Part shown: piece after piece, positions 50,316 through 60,615 of the stretch
How the letters are laid out: the number at the start of each line of letters is the position of its first letter
How positions within the stretch are numbered: the first letter of the stretch is position 1
Source: an uncultured Acidobacteriota bacterium
GTDB lineage: Bacteria > Acidobacteriota > Vicinamibacteria > Vicinamibacterales > JAKQTR01
DNA length: 64,000 bases
Assembly (NCBI GenBank): GCA_963817885.1
Contig: CAWFQE010000004.1
Coordinates: forward strand, 294,064 to 358,063
Direction: 5' to 3'
Position numbers and translations under genes: made by a program
Notes under the pieces: model-generated
The model's database searches: none
Told to the model about the DNA's origin: nothing
Seen by the model: the letters and a program-made list of their open reading frames with translations, nothing else

Positions 50316-51575
50316 CTACGGGACGATCGGGGCCGCCTCGCCGGCCGGCGCGATCGCCGTGCCGCGCACGTGCCGCGAGACCAGCACGAAGATCACCAGC
50401 GCCGCCACTCCGACCAACGCCTCGGTGTAGAGCATCACGCTGGTCGACCAGCGGTCGTGCGCCCAGCCGACCGCGCGCAGCATGCCCAGGCTGAACAGCG
50501 TGTTGAGCGCGAAGAAGAGGTTGATCTTGGTTGCCGCCGCCCGCTCGCCGATGATGGACAGGACGAGCCCGGTGAACGATGCGGCGACCATGCCGAGCGT
50601 GAACGTGTAGAAGAGCGTGGAGACCGCGTAGCCCGCCGACGTGCGCGGCGACCACGCGATCGCGACGCATGCGGCCAGGCCAAGGCCGCACGCAATGGCA
50701 TACGCGGCGTTCTTCGGGACGCGATCCGCCAGTCGCCCGCCCGCGAAACATCCGGCAACGATCGCGATTCCGCCTCCCAGGCCGAGCACCGTGGATACCA
50801 CGTCTGCCGAGGCATGGAATTCCTGGCCGATGGCGCCGAACAGGAACTCCGCCGCGCCGGTCCCGATCGGCAGAATCGCGAGGATCAGCGCCAGCCGTCC
50901 CGCGCGCGCCCGCATGATGACGCTCAATTCCCTCCAGGCATCTTTCACGCGGGCGCCCACTGTGGCGTTCACCAGGCCGCGCGGAGGCTCCTCGAGCCCG
51001 ACAAGCGGCAGCGCGCACGCGATGACCACCAGCGCGAGCACCGCCCCGCCCATCCACGGCGCCGGCAGGTGCACGACCAGAGAGAGCCCCAGGCCGCCGC
51101 CGGCGGTCTGGCCGAACTGATTGCCCGACTGGAACCAGCCTGCCGCGCGGCCCCGCATCCCGACCGGCGTGTTGTGGGCCATCAGCCCTTCGGTGGCGAA
51201 GGCGATGAAGGTCGCCGCGACGGTCGTCATCAAGGTCAGCGTCGACAAAAGCGGCGCGGTCGCCCTCGAAACGGGAATCATCGTCATCGCCACCAGCCCG
51301 ATCGCAACCAGCGAGACGGCGATCAGGTACCAGGACTTCCGCGACAGCGTGTAGTCGCCTATGGGCGCCCACAGGAACTTCCATCCGCTGGCGAGGAACG
51401 TCATGCCGACGATGGCCGCAACCTCGGACACGCCAAGGCCGGACCGGCTGCCGAGGTAGCCGAGCGCCACCGAGGGGAATCCGATGGCCAGGCCGAGCGG
51501 GAAGTACAGGACCGCCCAGACCCAAGGGTGAGGCGTGATCCGCACGGATATTGACTGAGGGAATGCGGGGGGCAT
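50316..51575 (-). CDS. MFS transporter (AmpG/PAT-like)
   Basis: 419 aa, about 12 TM helices, with ...GWKFLWAPIGDY... Confidence 0.75.
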   Translation of the reverse strand: MPPAFPQSISVRITPHPWVWAVLYFPLGLAIGFPSVALGYLGSRSGLGVSEVAAIVGMTFLASGWKFLWAPIGDYTLSRKSWYLIAVSLVAIGLVAMTMIPVSRATAPLLSTLTLMTTVAATFIAFATEGLMAHNTPVGMRGRAAGWFQSGNQFGQTAGGGLGLSLVVHLPAPWMGGAVLALVVIACALPLVGLEEPPRGLVNATVGARVKDAWRELSVIMRARAGRLALILAILPIGTGAAEFLFGAIGQEFHASADVVSTVLGLGGGIAIVAGCFAGGRLADRVPKNAAYAIACGLGLAACVAIAWSPRTSAGYAVSTLFYTFTLGMVAASFTGLVLSIIGERAAATKINLFFALNTLFSLGMLRAVGWAHDRWSTSVMLYTEALVGVAALVIFVLVSRHVRGTAIAPAGEAAPIVP

Positions 51576-51593
51576 GGTTCGGACGACTATAAA

Positions 51594-53532
51594 CTATCTG
51601 GGTTCCTGACCAGCCTGCTCCAGTCGAGCCAGTTCCGCCAGCGCGAGCGAGTACTCGTTGAAGTTCCTGGAACCGCGGTCTCTGACCCACCGGAAATGCG
51701 CAAGGGCCTGCTCGCGGCGACCCGCGAACCCGTCATGGAATCCGACGTAGATATGGGCCTCCGTCAGCTCTCCGATCTCTTTCGCGAGGCGCACCAGCTC
51801 GTCGTCAACCAGCCGGCCCTGGAAGAAGTCGAGCACTTTCTCGGTCCATGATCCACGTTCGATGACCGCCCGCGCCTGTTCGAGGACCGGAACGGCTTCG
51901 GCGGCCTCGCCCATGCGCCGGCAGGCCATTGCGGCGAGGAAGGCCATGGAGGGTGCGGCTTCGTGCCCCCATCCTGCGCGCTGCAGAAACGCGAGGGCGT
52001 CACGCAGGGCCGAGGCGTCCTTGCCCAGCCGGAAGGCGACGTACGCGCGTCGCTGGTGGTAGGCCGGGTTGGGATCCAGCTGGAGCAGCGTCGACATGGC
52101 GGCGTCTGCCTGTGCCGGGCGATCAGCCAGAGATGCCGCGAGCGCCAGCGACCACCAGGCATACGGTGATTGCCCGTTGAGAACGGTTGCCCGTTCGGCT
52201 GCCTGAAGGGCTTCGGCCGCCAGGCCTGATTCGGCGAGCACGGTCGCGAGGTAAATGTGCGCCGCCGCGTTGCCGCTGTCCGTCCGGGCGAGGTCGCGCA
52301 GCAGGGTCAATGCGTCGCTGCCGCGGCCCTGTTGAAGCCGAAGCAGGGCGAGCGAGAGTCGCGCCGACGCCAATGACGGATCACGCGCGAGCAGCGCAGC
52401 CAGCCGCCTCTCCGCATCGAAGGTCGCGCCCGCGCGCACCAGCAGGTCCGCCTGCAGCGACTCGGCGTCCGATTCGGTCATGCGCTCGGGCGCGCCAATG
52501 GCGTCGGTCACCATCGCCGGCCTGTTCAGGACGAGGGCCGGGAACGCGAAGCCATGAAGGTACAGCTGGAGTTCCCGCTCGAGATCGTCGTAGCCGCACG
52601 CGAAGGCCGACTGGAACGCCTGTTCGATCGAGAGTCCGCGCTGCAGCGCGACGATGTAGTCGCCAAGTGCGTTCCGGCGCTTTCCATGGTTGCCGAGCGA
52701 CAGGTAGTGCACCAGGGCCCAGGATTGCGCGTAGAAACGCTCAGTGTCGGTTTCGTTCTGGAAGATCCGGACAGCGCCCTGTGGCGAGAGCATCCGCTCG
52801 AGAGGCAGCAACGACGCTCTGCGCAGAACCTTCAGGCGGTCGGAGGGAGCAGACCCGATGACGATGCGGTTGGTTTCGATCTTCAGGGTCGAGTAATACT
52901 CCGACAGCCCCTCGTCCAGCCAGCGGGGCATATCGTGGAGATTGCGGTGCAGGATGTAGTGGGTGAATTCGTGGAAGATCACGGTGCGCCCGAAGTCGGC
53001 GCCGTCGCCCGGCGCGACGGTCACCATGTAGATCATGCCGGGCGTTTCCGTGAAATAGCCGGCGACGTTCTCCGAGCGCTTGCCGCTCGCGTCTCGTGGC
53101 TGGAACTTCGTGAAGGCGTCCCAGTCCTTGAAGACCACAACCGTTGACGGCACGGGCGCCGTGAGGCGGATCGACGGGAACATCTCCAGGAAGGCCCACC
53201 GGAATGCTTCGAGCTGTCCCAGCAGGTTGCGTAAGGGTGCCGGCGTCGGCATTGCCTGAGGCGATGAAGTGGGCCGACCGCGCGCGTTTCCAGTCTTTGC
53301 TGAGCACGCTGGCGGCCGCGCCGTCCTCTTGCCTCGTCGCAGGAGCGTCTCCGGGCGCCGCCTGGCCGCTCCAGGGCCCAGAGCCCTGGTGCGAACCTGC
53401 GGGCGGCCTCGCTGTGGCAGGCCCGCCTGCTGAGGCCCCGGGAACGCCGGACTGAAGAACAGCCACGAGCAGGACGAGCGCCGGGATATTTCGCACACAA
53501 AGACCGGGTCGAATGAAGCTGGGACCGATCAT
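51594..53532 (-). pseudogene. secreted MA-clan metallopeptidase-like (HExxH, DUF1570-like) protein with C-terminal TPR repeats; 1-nt frameshift
   Basis: The N-terminus is in ORF 52741..53574 from the ATG at 53532 (MIGPSFIRPGLCVRNIPALVLLVAVL...WKRARSAHFIASGNADAGT). The remainder is in ORF 51594..53498 (LRNLLGQLEAFRWAF...VIFHEFTHYILH...DEGLSEYY... then TPR-like helices). The join needs one C fewer in CCC (plus-strand GGG at 53235-53237). Confidence 0.75.
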
Positions 53533-53646
53533 GTGAGCCTCGTGCAGGGTGGCAGACCGGGGGGATTCTAGCACGGAGCCTTCAGCCAGTATTCCTGACC
53601 GGGCGTCCAGCCGACCGGGCGTCCGCTGGCGGGCAGGCGGTGAGGT

Positions 53647-54459
53647 TCAGGAGTCCGGCGTCGTCGGCTGACAGGTCGCCTGGCGGGCAAGGGCGTCGGC
53701 GGTGTGGCGAGCGCGCCGGCGGCTTGCGGAGTACAGGTCCCCGACCCGCGCCCAGACCGCCGCGGCGAACTCGTTGGAATCCGCCCAGGCCGAGGGATCC
53801 ATTGCCTCGCCGATCGTCACCGCCACAGGGCGATGGAAGTTGACGCGATCCATCGACTTGGGGACGACATTGATGGTGCCGTCGATTCCGACCGGAACGA
53901 CCCGAAGCCCGCGCCCGTGAGCGGCCCTGATCGCCGCCGGGTACCACTTCTTGCGAAGCTCGCCGTCGTCGGAGCGCGTGCCTTCCGGAAAGAGCACCAC
54001 CGCCGTCGATTCGGCGCACATGCGGAGAAGCTGGTTGAGCGCCCGCTGGCGGCTCGCCTGGTTCGAGCGGTCCACGAAGATCGACCCGCCGGCGTAGGTG
54101 CCCCAGCCCAGCACGGGCAGCCACTTGACGAAGCTCTTCGCGAGAAAGGCGGCCGTCTCGAGCGTCTCCATCAGCACGATGATGTCGGCCCAGCTCTGGT
54201 GATTGCTGACGTAGATGTGGCCGCGGGAGGGCGTTGGCAGGTGCTCCCGGCCTTCGAGCGAGAGCTCGATCCTGACGATGTGGCGCCGGCAGAAGCGCGC
54301 CCAGGGCACCATGACGTGCATGCGGCGGATGCGATCCTCGCGTCCGAACCGGCGCATGAAGATCATGGTCAGCGGGACGGGCAGCGTGCCGGGCACCGCT
54401 GCCAGCAGGCAGGCCAGAATCGTTGCGAACAATTCCATCCGACGCCAGGTCGATCCCAT
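53647..54459 (-). CDS. lysophospholipid / 1-acyl-sn-glycerol-3-phosphate acyltransferase family protein
   Basis: 270 aa with the HX4D box VSNHQSWADI and FPEGTRS. It lies 9 nt downstream of the ABC gene. Confidence 0.8.
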   Translation of the reverse strand: MGSTWRRMELFATILACLLAAVPGTLPVPLTMIFMRRFGREDRIRRMHVMVPWARFCRRHIVRIELSLEGREHLPTPSRGHIYVSNHQSWADIIVLMETLETAAFLAKSFVKWLPVLGWGTYAGGSIFVDRSNQASRQRALNQLLRMCAESTAVVLFPEGTRSDDGELRKKWYPAAIRAAHGRGLRVVPVGIDGTINVVPKSMDRVNFHRPVAVTIGEAMDPSAWADSNEFAAAVWARVGDLYSASRRRARHTADALARQATCQPTTPDS

Positions 54460-54468
54460 GCCGGCTCC

Positions 54469-56187
54469 CTACACGTCGAAGACGGTCCAGCCCTTTTCGA
54501 GCTCGATCTGCATGTCGCAGGTCGCGAGCGTGTCCAGGCGATGCGCGATCATGAACGTGGTGCGGCCCTGCATCAGGCGCTGCATCGCCTCGATGATGAC
54601 CGCCTCGGTCTTCACGTCCACCGAGCTGGTCGGCTCGTCGAGGATGAGCACCGGCGCATCCTTGAGGAACGCCCGTGCGAGCGAGACCCGCTGGCGTTCG
54701 CCGCCGGAGAGCCGCATCCCGCGCTCGCCGACCGGCGTGTCGAAGCCGTCGGGCAGCGCCATGATGAAATCGTACGCGTTCGCCAGGCGGGCCGCCTCGA
54801 CGATCTCCTGCCTGGTCGCGCCCTCCCGCCCGTAGGCGATGTTCTCGCCGATGCTCGTCGAGAAGAGCACCGGCTCCTGCAGCACGATCGCGAACTGGCG
54901 CCGCAGGTCGACCAGGTGATACTCGCGCAGGTCGATGTCATCGAGCAGGATCATGCCGTCGGTCGGGTCGTAGAACCGCATCAGCAGGCCCATCAGCGTG
55001 GTCTTGCCGGCGCCGGTCGCGCCGCGAATGCCGACGCGGGTCCCTGGCGGCGCGCCGAACGAGACGCGGTGGAGCACCGGCTTGTCGGTCCCGTAGGCGA
55101 ACGATACGTCGAGGAACAGCAGGTTCCCTTTGGATCTCGTGATCCGCCGCGCGTCCGGGCGTTCGACCACTTCGGGCAGCTCGTCGAGCAGGGCGAAGGC
55201 TCGCTCGGCGCTGGCGAGCGCCGCCTGGAGATCGACCGTCTTGCGGCTGAGCGTCTTGAGCGGCTTGTAGATCTGCTGCAGATAGGCCATGACCAGCAGC
55301 AGGCTGCCGAGGCTGATTCGCCCGGCGCGCACCTGCATCATCCCGATCATGAGCGCCGCGGCACTTCCGGCGGCCATCACGATGCCGACCAGCACGTCGA
55401 AGGTGCCCTGCATCGCGGCGACCTCGAGCTCCCGGCTGAGACGCTTGGAGGACTGGTCCAGGAACCGATCGTTCTCCCGATCCTCGCGTCCGAATGCCTT
55501 GACCACCCGGACGGCCGCGAGCACCTCCTGCACGACATTCATCGTCGAGCTGTCGAGGCGCTTGATCTCCTTCCAGCTCCGGCGCAGCCGCGGCCCCATG
55601 GTTCTCGTCAACACGAAGAGGACCGGGCTGACCGATATCGCGACGACCGCCAGCGGCATGTCGATGCGCATCGTGACGTAGATCATCCCGATGAGCGTCA
55701 GGGAGGCCCCAAGAAGCGGGATCAGGCCGTCGAGGATGACGCGCTGCACCGACTGCGCGTCGTACTGTATGCGGTAGGTGGAGTCGGACGCACCCCGGGT
55801 GTCGTGGTAGGTCAGCGACAGGCGCTGGGCGTGGCGGAACAGATGCGAACGGAAATCCTGCGCCAGCTTCTCGCCGGTGTAGGTTTCGAGCATCGCGTCC
55901 CACATGTCGAGCAGGGAGCCGAGCAAGGAGGTCGCCAGCATCAGCGCTGCCGCGATGCCCAGCAGCACGGCCGGCGAATCGGTCATGCCGTGCGGAACCA
56001 TCGCGTGAAGCCACCCGGGCACCGGGTGATCGCCGGCCACGTTGTCGACGGCAATCTTGATCGGCAGCGGGGTGAGGAGGGCGAGAGGCGTCCCCAGCAT
56101 CTGAAGGACGAATATCCCCGACACCTGCATCCAGTACGGACGCGCGTAGCCGCCGAGTCGCCGATACAAGCTCATCTGCCGGTGCAT
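54469..56187 (-). CDS. ABC transporter, fused permease/ATPase (MsbA-like exporter)
   Basis: 572 aa: an N-terminal 6-TM ABC membrane domain, Walker A GATGAGKTT, the signature LSGGERQR and Walker B ILILDEPTS. Confidence 0.9.
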   Translation of the reverse strand: MHRQMSLYRRLGGYARPYWMQVSGIFVLQMLGTPLALLTPLPIKIAVDNVAGDHPVPGWLHAMVPHGMTDSPAVLLGIAAALMLATSLLGSLLDMWDAMLETYTGEKLAQDFRSHLFRHAQRLSLTYHDTRGASDSTYRIQYDAQSVQRVILDGLIPLLGASLTLIGMIYVTMRIDMPLAVVAISVSPVLFVLTRTMGPRLRRSWKEIKRLDSSTMNVVQEVLAAVRVVKAFGREDRENDRFLDQSSKRLSRELEVAAMQGTFDVLVGIVMAAGSAAALMIGMMQVRAGRISLGSLLLVMAYLQQIYKPLKTLSRKTVDLQAALASAERAFALLDELPEVVERPDARRITRSKGNLLFLDVSFAYGTDKPVLHRVSFGAPPGTRVGIRGATGAGKTTLMGLLMRFYDPTDGMILLDDIDLREYHLVDLRRQFAIVLQEPVLFSTSIGENIAYGREGATRQEIVEAARLANAYDFIMALPDGFDTPVGERGMRLSGGERQRVSLARAFLKDAPVLILDEPTSSVDVKTEAVIIEAMQRLMQGRTTFMIAHRLDTLATCDMQIELEKGWTVFDV

Positions 56188-56350
56188 TGAAGGTCCGTCT
56201 GCCTCAGGATGTCGACGCGGGCGGGCGTTTCCGTGCAGAACCCGCGGGTTCTCCGGGCTCGGACGACGGCCCCGTCGACGCTCGCCAGCCTACCATCCGG
56301 GCGGCGAAAAAGCACCCGTTCCGACGGGTCCCTCGCCGCGCCAGGCGACT

Positions 56351-57091
56351 TCAGCCCGCAGGCTTCCTGCCGAGCGCCACCACCGTCAGACCGAAGGGGA
56401 GCCCGGTGCGGGCAACCAGCGGCGCTTCCGCCGCCAGGACGGCCCTCAGCGGGCCGTTGAACACGCCGGTGCCGATCGTCAGGTCCGACTGTTCCTGCGG
56501 CGGGATGACCCGTTCGAGCATGCGCTTGGCCGCGGCGATCGGGAACAGGAGGCAGTTCGCGTAGCTCAGGTGCTCCGATTCGAGGCCGGCCTTCCGGAAT
56601 CGCTCGCGCATCTCCCCGGTGGTGTACCGGTGGCGGATATGAACCGCTTCGTCGTGCCGCCCGCGCAGCCAGTCGTAGGCCGGCAGGCGCAACAGCACCC
56701 GCCCGCCCGGTGCGAGCACACGGGCGAATTCCCTCAACGCGACCATGTCGTCCTCGACCGCACGCTCGCACAGCACGTCGAAGCTGACGATGAGGTCGAA
56801 CGACGAGTCCGGGAACGGGAGCGCCATCACCGAGGCCCGGGCGAGGCGGTCGAGTTGCCGCTTCCGGCAGAACCGCAGCGCCTCGGGCGAGAAATCGAAT
56901 CCCACGACCGATCCGTAGCCGGACAGGTACTCCATGACGGCGCCGGTTCCGCATCCCGCATCCAGGATCCGGAGGTTGCGCCCTCGCCCGACTGCGCGAT
57001 CGAGCACGGCCTGCGTGATCGCGGTCATGCCGCCGTACCACCAGTGGCCGTTCTCGGCCTTGTACATCACCTCGTATTCTTCGAGGTTCAT
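56351..57091 (-). CDS. class I SAM-dependent methyltransferase
   Basis: Only the last 246 codons of the listed 1059-aa ORF 56351..59530 are credible: MNLEEYEVMYKAENGHWWY...ILDAGCGTGAVMEYL...LAPGGRVLL. The rest is antisense to the M16 gene. Confidence 0.8.
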   Translation of the reverse strand: MNLEEYEVMYKAENGHWWYGGMTAITQAVLDRAVGRGRNLRILDAGCGTGAVMEYLSGYGSVVGFDFSPEALRFCRKRQLDRLARASVMALPFPDSSFDLIVSFDVLCERAVEDDMVALREFARVLAPGGRVLLRLPAYDWLRGRHDEAVHIRHRYTTGEMRERFRKAGLESEHLSYANCLLFPIAAAKRMLERVIPPQEQSDLTIGTGVFNGPLRAVLAAEAPLVARTGLPFGLTVVALGRKPAG

Positions 57092-57475
57092 TCGCCGGTT
57101 TCCCCCGTCATCGATTGCCGGCCCGAGTCTCGCCCCGAGCCGCGGCGCGAGGTCGCTCAGGCGGCGCCCGAGCGACACCGGGCGACCCATCATAGCAGCA
57201 GGCGGTTTCTGCACGATCCGAGGCGGGCCCGCGATCGGGCGGCCCCGGCCGTGGCCCGCCAGTGGCCCCAGCCATGTGGCCCCAGCGATGTTGCGTCTGC
57301 CTGGCGCTCTCGCTATCCTGTTCGGCGGCGCTTCCTTCATCCCGTCTCCCGGGGCCCCCGAAGGATCACCGGACGCGCGTCTTGCTCGATCGGACGGCGT
57401 CGCCCGTCCGGCCTGGGACCGCCGCTCGCCCAGGCGCGGTCGCCGGAGTCTGGTACCGAAGGGGAGGAACGATTC

Positions 57476-60319
57476 ATGACCACCCGCAGATTCGCCCTCG
57501 TTGGCCTTGTCGTGCTGGCGCTCGTGCCCATGCTGAGCCTGGTATCCGCGCAGCAGAGCCCTGGAGGGGTCCAGGCCCAGCAGCCCGCGCTGACAACGAC
57601 CCTGCCCGCCGATCCCCAGGTGACCGTCGGACGGTTTGCCAACGGGCTGCGATACTACATTCGCGTGAACAGGAAGCCCGAGAATCGCGCCGAGCTGCGC
57701 CTGGTGGTCAACGCCGGATCGGTGCTCGAGGACAACGACCAGCAGGGCCTCGCCCACATGGTCGAGCACATGGCCTTCAACGGGACGAAGCACTTCGCCA
57801 AGCAGGAGATCGTCTCCTTCATGGAATCGATCGGCATGAGGTTCGGCCCGAGCCTCAACGCGTTCACCAGCTTCGACGAGACGGTCTACATGCTGCAGGT
57901 CCCGACCGACAAGCCCGACGTGCTCGACAAGTCGATGCTGATCCTCGAGGACTGGGCGCACAACCTCTCCTTCGATCCCGCCGAGATCGACAAGGAGCGC
58001 GGGGTCATCGTCGAGGAATGGCGGCTGGGCCGCGGCGCCAACGCCAGGATGCAGGACAAGCAGTTCCCGGTCCTCTTCAAGGGGTCGCGCTACGCCGAGC
58101 GCCTGCCGATCGGCAAGAAGGAGATCATCGAAACCTTCAAATACGATCGGCTGAAGGCGTTCTACGCCGACTGGTACCGGCCGGACCTGATGGCGGTCAT
58201 TGCGGTCGGTGATTTCGACAAGGCCGCGATCGAGGGCCTGATCAAGACGCACTTCGCGTCTCTTCCGGCCGCGGCGGCGCCGAAACCCAGGCCGACCTTC
58301 GACGTGCCGGACCACGCCGAAACGCTCTACACCGTGGCCACCGACAAGGAAGCGACGATGACGGCGGTGGCGGTCTACAACCTGCTCCCGGTGCGTGACC
58401 CCACGACGGTCGGCGCCTACCGGCAGCAGATCGTCGAACAGCTCCTGACCGGTATGCTGAGCCGGCGGCTCGGCGAACTCGCGCAGAAGGCCGATCCGCC
58501 GTTCCTGTTCGCCGGCGGTGGCCGCGGGTCCTTCGTGCGCTCGAAGGACGTGTCGGCGCTGAACGCCGCGGTCAAGGACGGCGGCGTCGAGCGGGGCCTC
58601 GACGCCCTGCTCGTGGAGGGCGACCGGATCGCGCGGTTCGGGTTCACCGCGACGGAACTCGACCGCCAGAAGCGCGACGTGCTGCGGCAGATGGAGCGGA
58701 CCTTCGACGAGCGGGACAAACAGGAATCGTCGACCTTCGCGTCGGAATACATCAGGAACTTCACGCAGCGCGAGCCCTTCCCCGGAATTGCCTACGAGTT
58801 CGCGCTGTACCAGCGTTTCGTGCCCGAGATCACGCTCGAAGAGATCAACGCCCTCGGCAAGACGTGGATGAGCGACAAGAGCCGGGTCGTCATGGTTCAG
58901 GCCCCGGAGAAGACAGGCGTGGCCGTGCCGGACGACGCGAAGCTCGCGACGGTCATCAAGGATGCCGCCGGCAGGACCATCACGCCGTACGTCGACACGG
59001 TGACCGGCCAGAAGCTGATGAACACGCTGCCGGAGCCCGGGAAGATCGTCAAGATCACGACCAAGGACCCCTACGGCATCACCGAGTGGGATCTGTCCAA
59101 CGGCGCGAAGGTCGTCCTCAAACCCACCTCGTTCAAGCAGGACGAGATCGTGTTCAGGGCCACCGCCCCGGGCGGCACTTCGCTCGCCGGCGACGCCGAC
59201 TACATCCCGGCGATGACCGCGGCGCAGGTGATATCGGCGGGGGGGATCGGCACGTTCTCGGCCGTCGAGCTGCCGAAGGTCCTCTCGGGCAAGGCCGCCT
59301 CCGTCAGGCCGATCATCGGCGAGCTGGAAGAGGGCCTGATGGGCAGCGCGTCGCCGAAGGATCTCGAGACGCTGTTCCAGCTCATCAACATGACCTTCAC
59401 GCAGCCGCGCGCCGATCCGACGATCTTCGGGATCCTGACGTCGCAGATGAAGACCATGCTCGCCAATCAGGAGGCCAGCCCGGGCTACGCCTTCAACGTG
59501 GCGCTGCAGACCACGCTCTACCAGAACCACTTGCGGGCGCTTCCGCTGACCGCGGCGGCCGTCGACCGGATGAGCCTCGAGAAATCGCTCGCCTTCTACA
59601 AGGATCGGTTCGCCGACGCGAGCGACTTCACGTTCGTGTTCGTCGGGACGTTCGAGCTCGACAGCATGAAGCCGTTCGTCGAGCGGTATCTCGCCTCGCT
59701 GCCGTCACTGCACCGGAACGAGAAGTGGAAGAACATCGGCATGGCCCCGGTCACGGGCGTGGTGCCGAAAGTCGTCAAGAAGGGGGTCGAACCCCAGAGC
59801 CAGGTCGGCATCGTGTTCTCGGGGCCGATGAAGTACAACCGCGACCAGCGCGTGGCCATCCGGGCGCTCGGGATGGTGCTCGACACGAAGCTGCGGGAAT
59901 CGCTGCGGGAAGACCTGAGCGGCACCTACGGGGTCTCCGTCACGCCGGGCTACATGCAGATTCCCGAGGAGCGGTACACCTTCTCGATCCGGTTCGGCTG
60001 CAATCCGACGCGCACCGACGAGCTGGTGAAAGCGGTGTTCAAGGAGATCGCCGCGCTCAAGGCCGACGGGCCGACCGAGAAGCAGGTGAGCGACGTGCGG
60101 GAGGCGCTCGGCAGGGAGTTCGAGACCAACACCAAGCAGAACAACTACCTGCTGACGCAGATCTACCTCAGGTACCAGGTGCCGTCCGACCTCGGAGAGT
60201 TCTTCACGCTGGGGGATTTCTACAAGACAGGTGTGACGACGGCGCTCATTCACGATGCCGCGCGCACCTATCTCAACACCGACAACTACGTGCAGGTAAC
60301 GCTGTTACCGGAGAAGTAA
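57476..60319 (+). CDS. secreted M16-family (pitrilysin-like) zinc peptidase, two-module
   Basis: ORF 56570..60319 trimmed to the ATG at 57476 (MTTRRFALVGLVVLALVPMLSLVSAQ). It has the inverted zinc motif GLAHMVEHMAFNGT (HxxEH) and downstream E residues. 947 aa, consistent with active plus inactive M16 halves duplicated. Confidence 0.85.
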   Translation: MTTRRFALVGLVVLALVPMLSLVSAQQSPGGVQAQQPALTTTLPADPQVTVGRFANGLRYYIRVNRKPENRAELRLVVNAGSVLEDNDQQGLAHMVEHMAFNGTKHFAKQEIVSFMESIGMRFGPSLNAFTSFDETVYMLQVPTDKPDVLDKSMLILEDWAHNLSFDPAEIDKERGVIVEEWRLGRGANARMQDKQFPVLFKGSRYAERLPIGKKEIIETFKYDRLKAFYADWYRPDLMAVIAVGDFDKAAIEGLIKTHFASLPAAAAPKPRPTFDVPDHAETLYTVATDKEATMTAVAVYNLLPVRDPTTVGAYRQQIVEQLLTGMLSRRLGELAQKADPPFLFAGGGRGSFVRSKDVSALNAAVKDGGVERGLDALLVEGDRIARFGFTATELDRQKRDVLRQMERTFDERDKQESSTFASEYIRNFTQREPFPGIAYEFALYQRFVPEITLEEINALGKTWMSDKSRVVMVQAPEKTGVAVPDDAKLATVIKDAAGRTITPYVDTVTGQKLMNTLPEPGKIVKITTKDPYGITEWDLSNGAKVVLKPTSFKQDEIVFRATAPGGTSLAGDADYIPAMTAAQVISAGGIGTFSAVELPKVLSGKAASVRPIIGELEEGLMGSASPKDLETLFQLINMTFTQPRADPTIFGILTSQMKTMLANQEASPGYAFNVALQTTLYQNHLRALPLTAAAVDRMSLEKSLAFYKDRFADASDFTFVFVGTFELDSMKPFVERYLASLPSLHRNEKWKNIGMAPVTGVVPKVVKKGVEPQSQVGIVFSGPMKYNRDQRVAIRALGMVLDTKLRESLREDLSGTYGVSVTPGYMQIPEERYTFSIRFGCNPTRTDELVKAVFKEIAALKADGPTEKQVSDVREALGREFETNTKQNNYLLTQIYLRYQVPSDLGEFFTLGDFYKTGVTTALIHDAARTYLNTDNYVQVTLLPEK

Positions 60320-60568
60320 CGGCTGGCGGCTGGCGGCGTAGCGGCTGGCGGCGTGACGGATGGCGGCGTGACGGATGCGACGGATGTAGCCCGGGGTCTT
60401 CAGGCCGGCGGCTGGCGGCGTGACGGATGCGACGGATGTAGCCCGGGGTCTTCAGGCCGGCGGCTGGCGGCGCGGCGGATGTGACGGATGTAGCCCGGGG
60501 TCTTCAGGCCGGCGGCTGGCGGCGCGGCGGATGTGACGGATGTAGCCCGGGGTCTTCAGACCCCGGGT
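60320..60568. repeat. GCTGGCG heptads followed by a 4 x 52-bp tandem array of GTAG-headed REP-like units
   Basis: Units start at 60361, 60413, 60465 and 60517. U1 equals U2, and U3 equals U4 up to position ~40. The unit is TGGCGGCGTGACGGATGCGACGGATGTAGCCCGGGGTCTTCAGGCCGGCGGC. The last unit ends in the perfect hairpin CCCGGGGTCT-TC-AGACCCCGGG (60546-60567), preceded by GTAG (60542-60545). The 31-mer GATGTAGCCCGGGGTCTTCAGACCCCGGGTC recurs inverted at 33271-33301. Confidence 0.9.
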
Positions 60569-60615
60569 CCTGAAGAGCCGCCCTCCACCGCCTCGGCGTG
60601 GCGGCTGGACCTGCT

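Noticed and set aside
53704-56190. 828-aa plus-strand ORF
   Set aside because: It is antisense to the acyltransferase and ABC transporter genes and has junk composition.
57092-59530. The N-terminal ~810 residues of listed ORF 56351..59530(-)
   Set aside because: They are antisense to the well-supported M16 peptidase. Only the last 246 codons (methyltransferase, from the ATG at 57091) are credible.
60361-60568. Possible CRISPR array (regular 52-bp periodicity)
   Set aside because: Whole units repeat with no unique spacers. There are no cas genes, and the units contain GTAG-headed REP-like palindromes. It is a tandem repeat, not a CRISPR.
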